NCBI GenBank assembly: GCA_963693365.1
Contig: CAVNZM010000015.1
Location: 5,153,502 to 5,217,501, forward strand
Length of the DNA: 64,000 bases
Source of the DNA: Amoebidium appalachense
Taxonomy: Eukaryota > Protista > Ichthyosporea
Direction of reading: 5' to 3'
Below are positions 58,913 through 64,000 of the stretch, in pieces (within the stretch, counting starts at the first letter, position 1; every line of letters starts with the position of its first letter). The position numbers and the translations under genes are program-made. The notes below the pieces were generated by a model, which did not search any database, had not been told where the DNA came from, and saw nothing but the letters and a program-made list of their open reading frames with translations.

Positions 58913-59593
58913 ATGTGCGCGCTTGCACTTTTGCAGGTAAATATCCCGCATACAGATGCCCTAGGACAGCGCATGTATTGTAAACATCAATATTTCACAC
59001 AAAATGTCTGTGTATCTGTATGCAAATGTGTTGCGGCAGATTGGTAGATGCCCCAAGACCATACAACAGAGCATGCACAGTCAATTGGTAACACAGTGGC
59101 AGGCACTTTACGCTTGAAATCTCAAACATGTCTCCCAAAAAACATTATAGTTCATCTCCCAGCATATCGTCCCACATATCGCCCAACAATTATGTAAAGC
59201 ACCTCTCAGTATATCACTCAACACCCAACATATCGCCCAACATCTCATTAGCCGTAAAAATACTAAATTTTCTTCCAGCATGTCTCTCAACATCTCTCCC
59301 CACATATACCAAAGAGGGCCCCAAACATATCTCCCGATTCAGTTCCCAACATATAACTCTCAACATATCTCCCAATATATCTCTCAGCATATCTCCCATT
59401 ATATCTCTCACCATATATCCCAACTATCTCAATTTTCTCACCTGCCCGGTCTCAGCAGCACACAGTCAGCAAGCACCCCCCACCCGCTAGTCCTCTCTGA
59501 TTGGCTAAAAGGGCTGCACATGTGTCCAGATTGCCTACGGGGAATGCAAGGGTGGGTGGCCGGAGACTGACTGCCTTGGAGAGCGCTGTGTAC

Positions 59594-59624
<31 letters not shown>

Positions 59625-60700
59625 TGTACGTGTACGTGTGTGTACGTGTGTGTGTGTGTGTACGTGTACGTGTACGTGTACGTGGACGTGTACGTGTGTA
59701 CGTGTGTGTGTGTACGTGTACGTGTGTGTGTGTGTACGTGTACGTGCGTGTGTGTACGTGTACGTGCGTGTGTGTACGTGTACGTGCGTGTGTGTACGTG
59801 TACGTGTGTGTGTACGTGTGTGTGTGTGTGTGTACGTGTACGTGTACGTGCGTGTGTGTACGTGTGTGTGTGTGTACGTGTGTGTGTGTACGTGTACGTG
59901 TGTGTGTGTACGTGTGTGTGTGTGTATGTGTGTGTGTGTGTGCGTGTGTGTGTGTGTGTACGTGTGTGTACGTGTACGTGTACGTGTGTACGTGTACGTG
60001 TGTGTGTGTGTGTGTGTACGTGTGTGTGTGTGTGTACGTGTGTGTGTACGTGTGTGTACGTGTACGTGTACGTGTACGTGTACGTGTGTGTACGTGTGTG
60101 TGTGTGTACGTGTGTGTGTGTGTGTACGTGTGTGTGTGTGTACGTGTACGTGTACGTGTACGTGTACGTGTGTGTGTGTGTGTGTACTGTGTGTGTGTGT
60201 ACGTGTGTGTGTGCGTGTGTACGTGTACGTGTGTGTGTGTGTGTACGTGTGTGTGTGTGTACGTGTGTGTGTACGTGTGTGTGTGTACGTGTACGTGTAC
60301 GTGTACGTGTGTGTACGTGTGTGTGTGTACGTGTGTGTGTGTGTGTGTACGTGTGTGTGTGTGTACGTGTACGTGTACGTGTACATGTGTGTGTGTACGT
60401 GTACGTGTGTGTGTGTACGTGTGTGTGTGTGTACGTGTACGTGTACGTGTGTGTACGTGTGTACGTGTGTGTGTGTGTGTACGTGTGTGTGTGTGTGTAT
60501 TTGTACGTGTACGTGTGTGCGTGTACGTGTGTGTGTGTGTACGTGTGTGTGTACGTGTACGTGTACGTGTACGTGTGTGTGTGTACGTGTGTGTGTGTGT
60601 GTGTGTGTGTACGTGTGTGTACGTGTGTGTGTACACATGTGTGTTGTGTGTCCATGCTTGCGTGTGTGTTCAGCATGTATGTGTGTCGGCTTGTGTGTGT

Positions 60701-60758
<58 letters not shown>

Positions 60759-60988
60759 TGGTGGGGGGAAGGGGGGGGGGGGGGGGGGGGGGGGGGGTTA
60801 CCATGTCATTCACAAAACAGTGCCCCCATAATTCATACCGAAAAACATTAATTGGGAATGAGGCAAGAATGAATTACCAATGGAGGCCACAGCAACATGC
60901 AAAGTTTTCTATCTATGAAAACCCAGACCCCTGGGTTTTTTTTGGGGGGGGGGGGTGGGGTGGGGTGGGGTGGGTGGGTGGGGGAGGG

Positions 60989-61036
<48 letters not shown>

Positions 61037-61232
61037 GTTGGAGGTTGGGGGGGGGGGGGGAGGGTAAACAAATGTATATATGCTGCAGAAGTAAGTGCGT
61101 GTGTGTGTCTCGTGTGCAGTAATGGTTGTGGGTTTGGTTTCTCTTTGCTCTTTCTACAGTTTTGGTCATCGTTTCTTTGGAGCATGGTTGCATTTGTGTG
61201 TGTGTGTGGGTGGTTGGGTGGGGAGAAGGGGG

Positions 61233-61283
<51 letters not shown>

Positions 61284-61536
61284 TGAATGCGGAAAACGGT
61301 ACGAAGTACGCATACACGACGAGAAGCATGGTGCAGGACACATGCAAAGGCAAACATTCAAGTATGCAACATCAGCCATGTGCACAGTATGCGTCATAAG
61401 CAGAGCCCATCCTCAGGGAGGACTCAAGTCATCAATTGCGTCTGAGTTTCGACCCCTTAGCCCGCGTATATACGACGCTCCAACTCAGACAGCAGCATCA
61501 ACTGAACTTGGGCGGGTCAACCCGTCTTGATCAAGG

Positions 61537-61581
<45 letters not shown>

Positions 61582-62434
61582 GAGGGGGGGAGAAAGGGGG
61601 TTAGAGCTCATCATACCCCATACAATACGAAGTAAGTACACGTCCATGACGGACAACACAAGGCAAGGCGCCACACACACATAAAGAGTATCCGTAATAA
61701 GCAGATCCCATTATCATGGGGAGAGGGGGGAGAGGGGAGGGGGAGGAGGGGTTTTGAAATGGAAGGGAGAACAGGGGGATAGTTTGACAGATATGAAACA
61801 CACCTTCCTTGACCCCGGTGCCACCAAACGTTGAAAAGACTCGTCGTATCATCTCCAACTGTGTGTGTGTGTGATGGTGGTTAACACGTCAGAGGGAGGG
61901 TGTCTAGGTGTGAGCATTCATCCATGCTTGAAGAGATTAGGGACATACAAAGAAGAGGAAAGGGGTATAGGGAGGAGCAAATAAAACCGGTCCAGCGGGT
62001 GGGAGGGACAAGTGGGGGGCTATCGAAACAGAGTGTCTGTGTTCGTGCATGGGGGGAAGAGAGAGTGTGTGTCTGTGTGGTTGTTTCTGTGAGTGCATGC
62101 ATGTGTGTATCCTGCCCGTGTGCATGTGTTTGCCTGTATGTGTGTGTGTGTATGTAGGTGGACAGGGATGCGCGGGTGGTGGGTGGGCGCATTAGTGAGG
62201 AAGATGGACCGTGTTTTGGGTTAGCGAGCGGGGAGGGGGGGGGGGAGGGGGGGGGGGGGGGGGTGATGTATGCATTAGAGGGTTGGAAATATGGAGGAGA
62301 CAACAAAGAGCAACAACAAAAACGTTGCAAAAATGAGAAACCCAAAATCAAACAATTTAAGCGTGCAGGCAGAATCCACTTGTACAGAGCCCATCATCAG
62401 GGGGGTGTTTATGGGGATGGGGGGGTGGGTGGGT

Positions 62435-62468
<34 letters not shown>

Positions 62469-63050
62469 GGGGGACAGACGTGTGTGTGTGTGTGGGTGTC
62501 AGGTTGGGAGGGAGGGGGGTGGGGGGGGAGACGTGTGCGTGTGTGTGTCGGGTTGGGGGAGGGGGGGGAGGGGGGGAGAAGAGAGACGTGTGTGTGTGTG
62601 TGTGTCCGGGGGCCGGGGGGAGGGGGGGGGGGAGTAAGTACATCTTGAAGGTGTGTGCTGCTGGCTGTGTTTGTTGGCACGAGCTCACCTCCCGAACCCC
62701 TAATCACGTGACCATCCCTCAGCAATTGGTGCAGTTTGAACTCACTGCGTGCACTCACACGTGCTGTGGCCTCACTGGCATAGAGTTCGTCGATTTTCTG
62801 TGTGTGTGTGCGTGTGCGTGCGTGTTTGTGTGTGTGTCCGGGGGGTGGGGGGAGGGGGAGTGAAGGGGGAGGGGGGAGGGGGAAAGGGAGGGGGGAGGGG
62901 AGGAGGGGGGGGTTGTTGAAGATAAATCGAGAGTACAAGTAAGGCATAAACCACACCGAGCATATGGTGGCGTGAAATAGGGAGAGCATGACGTTATGGA
63001 GGGAAAAATGGACCCTTTTCACTTCTTCCATGATCAAACCCCCATTCCCC

Positions 63051-63127
<77 letters not shown>

Positions 63128-63175
63128 AGAAACACGCATCCCGTTATTCACTTCTGCTAAGCTCCCCCCTCCCCC

Positions 63176-63206
<31 letters not shown>

Positions 63207-63909
63207 ACCCAATCACCACCACACTCTCTTTCACCACCGGCACTCCTATCCCCCCCCCCCTCCACTTCCCCCTCCCACCTCCATCTCTCCCTCCCTTCCT
63301 CCCCCCCCAAAAAAACCCACCTGAGCCAGCAATGGTGCCCCCTCCATATCCAACTTATTGAGGGCAAGCATCACAGGGAACCGCACACACAGAAAGTGCG
63401 CCACTATTCTATGGAGCATCACTCGTCGTTCCCCCCGGGACCAAAGACGCAGGCAGGAAAGGTTTTGCGGATCAAGACCGGCACGTTGTACAGCGGCGGC
63501 TGTAAAGGAAAAATAAACCAATGTGAGTGGGGGGAAATGAACCATATATGGGAAAGATGTGAAATCTATAGTGCACATGTCTAGAAGTGGTAATTAAGCG
63601 ACTAAACAGGAAAAAAAAAATCAAAAGAAAAACCGATTTGGATAAATAATGGACGAAAATGTAATTGAAATTACCAAAACGGAATGAAAATAGCCATATT
63701 TGGAAAACAGCATGACCAAAAATGGTAATGCTGTGCTCGAAAAAAGGCTTTGATAAGAGAGGGGAGGGGGAAAGAGATAGCTACACCCATCTCCACCATA
63801 TGTGTGTGTTGGGGGGAAGGAGGAGGGGAGGGGGGGGGGGGGGGGGGGGGGGGGGCTAGGCTCTGAGCATACCTGTTGTTGCAGGGGTGGCTCTGTATCC
63901 AGTAAACAT
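56880..63909 (-). CDS. Obg-family GTPase, YGR210C-like (YchF/OLA1-related), 3' half; 5' end lies beyond the right edge
   Basis: Exons ~63909-63873, 63499-63321, 62797-62642, 61858-61804, 59585-59442, 58371-58230, 56945-56880. Motifs [17 protein letters not shown] (G4 NKxD), RVSARSE (G5), FGGTGV, TGS-like [15 protein letters not shown] and terminal LVHIMTNKK. One base is missing in a G run at ~59476-59481. Confidence 0.82.
57581..57810 (-). mobile_element. Full-length copy B of the hammerhead-like element
   Basis: Hairpin GCTCGTCT-ctgatca-AGACGGGT; 13-bp stem ACAGUACCUGAGU/ACUCGGGUACUGU; GUU (plus 57750-52), GAAA (57719-22), CUGAGGA (57682-88); ends cgcattcaaaa + poly-C. Confidence 0.75.
58375..58905. 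repeat. Intronic tandem duplication of a ~240-bp unit
   Basis: ggataaggagaaggtagtg...cacaatgcgtccataggcttgg...acatcacacc occurs at ~58527-58607 and ~58765-58846 with the same TG/T/G runs. Confidence 0.85.
59140..59432. repeat. Degenerate 12-bp repeat (catatctcccaa)
   Basis: Direct reading. Confidence 0.7.
59588..60640. repeat. (TG)n array punctuated by tacg
   Basis: Direct reading; runs into the acceptor of GTPase exon 59585. Confidence 0.9.
61282..61540 (-). mobile_element. Full-length copy C of the hammerhead-like element
   Basis: Hairpin CCCGCCT-tgatca-AGACGGG; stem GUCUGAGU/ACUCAGAC; GUU (plus 61482-84), GAAA (61447-50), CUGAGGA (61410-16); ends cgcattcaaa + poly-C. Confidence 0.75.
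62264..62405 (-). mobile_element. 5'-truncated copy of the element (subfamily 1) with CCCCCUGAUGAUGGGCUCU
   Basis: Matches 2545-2685 and has poly-G at the element 3' end on the plus strand. More decayed pieces occur at ~47700-47760, ~57140-57260 and ~61600-61720. Confidence 0.8.
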
Positions 63910-64000
63910 CTGCACCAGCCCGCCACATAAACATAATCATTCCCCCCCTCCCCCCCCTCCCCCCTCCCCCCGACCCCACCTTCCCCCCCCTTCTACTCCA

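Noticed and set aside
61410-61450. Canonical type II hammerhead fold in copy C using GAAACUCA...UGAGUC
   Set aside because: It leaves only 4 nt before CUGAGGA (no stem I), and that GUC is not conserved in copies A, B or 27 kb, whereas the upstream GUU arm covaries in all full copies.

Overview
Eukaryotic, intron-rich DNA saturated with (CA/TG)n, (GA)n and poly-G/C tracts. Gene content suggests a unicellular opisthokont or holozoan, e.g. an ichthyosporean (inference). Almost all supplied ORFs are microsatellite noise. Manual splicing recovers five genes: SCAP (minus, 3' end off-window), ataxin-10 (plus, head-to-head with SCAP), a secreted protein with two hevein-like chitin-binding and two EGF-like modules, a 28-exon class C GPCR (Venus flytrap + 7TM), and the 3' half of a YGR210C-like Obg GTPase. 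There is also an inverted paralogous copy of GPCR exon 1 and two probable Penelope-like RT remnants. The most notable element is a ~230-260 bp intronic repeat (about 12 copies or fragments, 3 full length), 5'-truncated and poly(C)-ended. It carries the complete hammerhead ribozyme core with covarying stems, but in the order GUH...GAAA...CUGANGA, which is not a circular permutation of type I/II/III hammerheads. All calls are by eye; no searches or folding programs were run.
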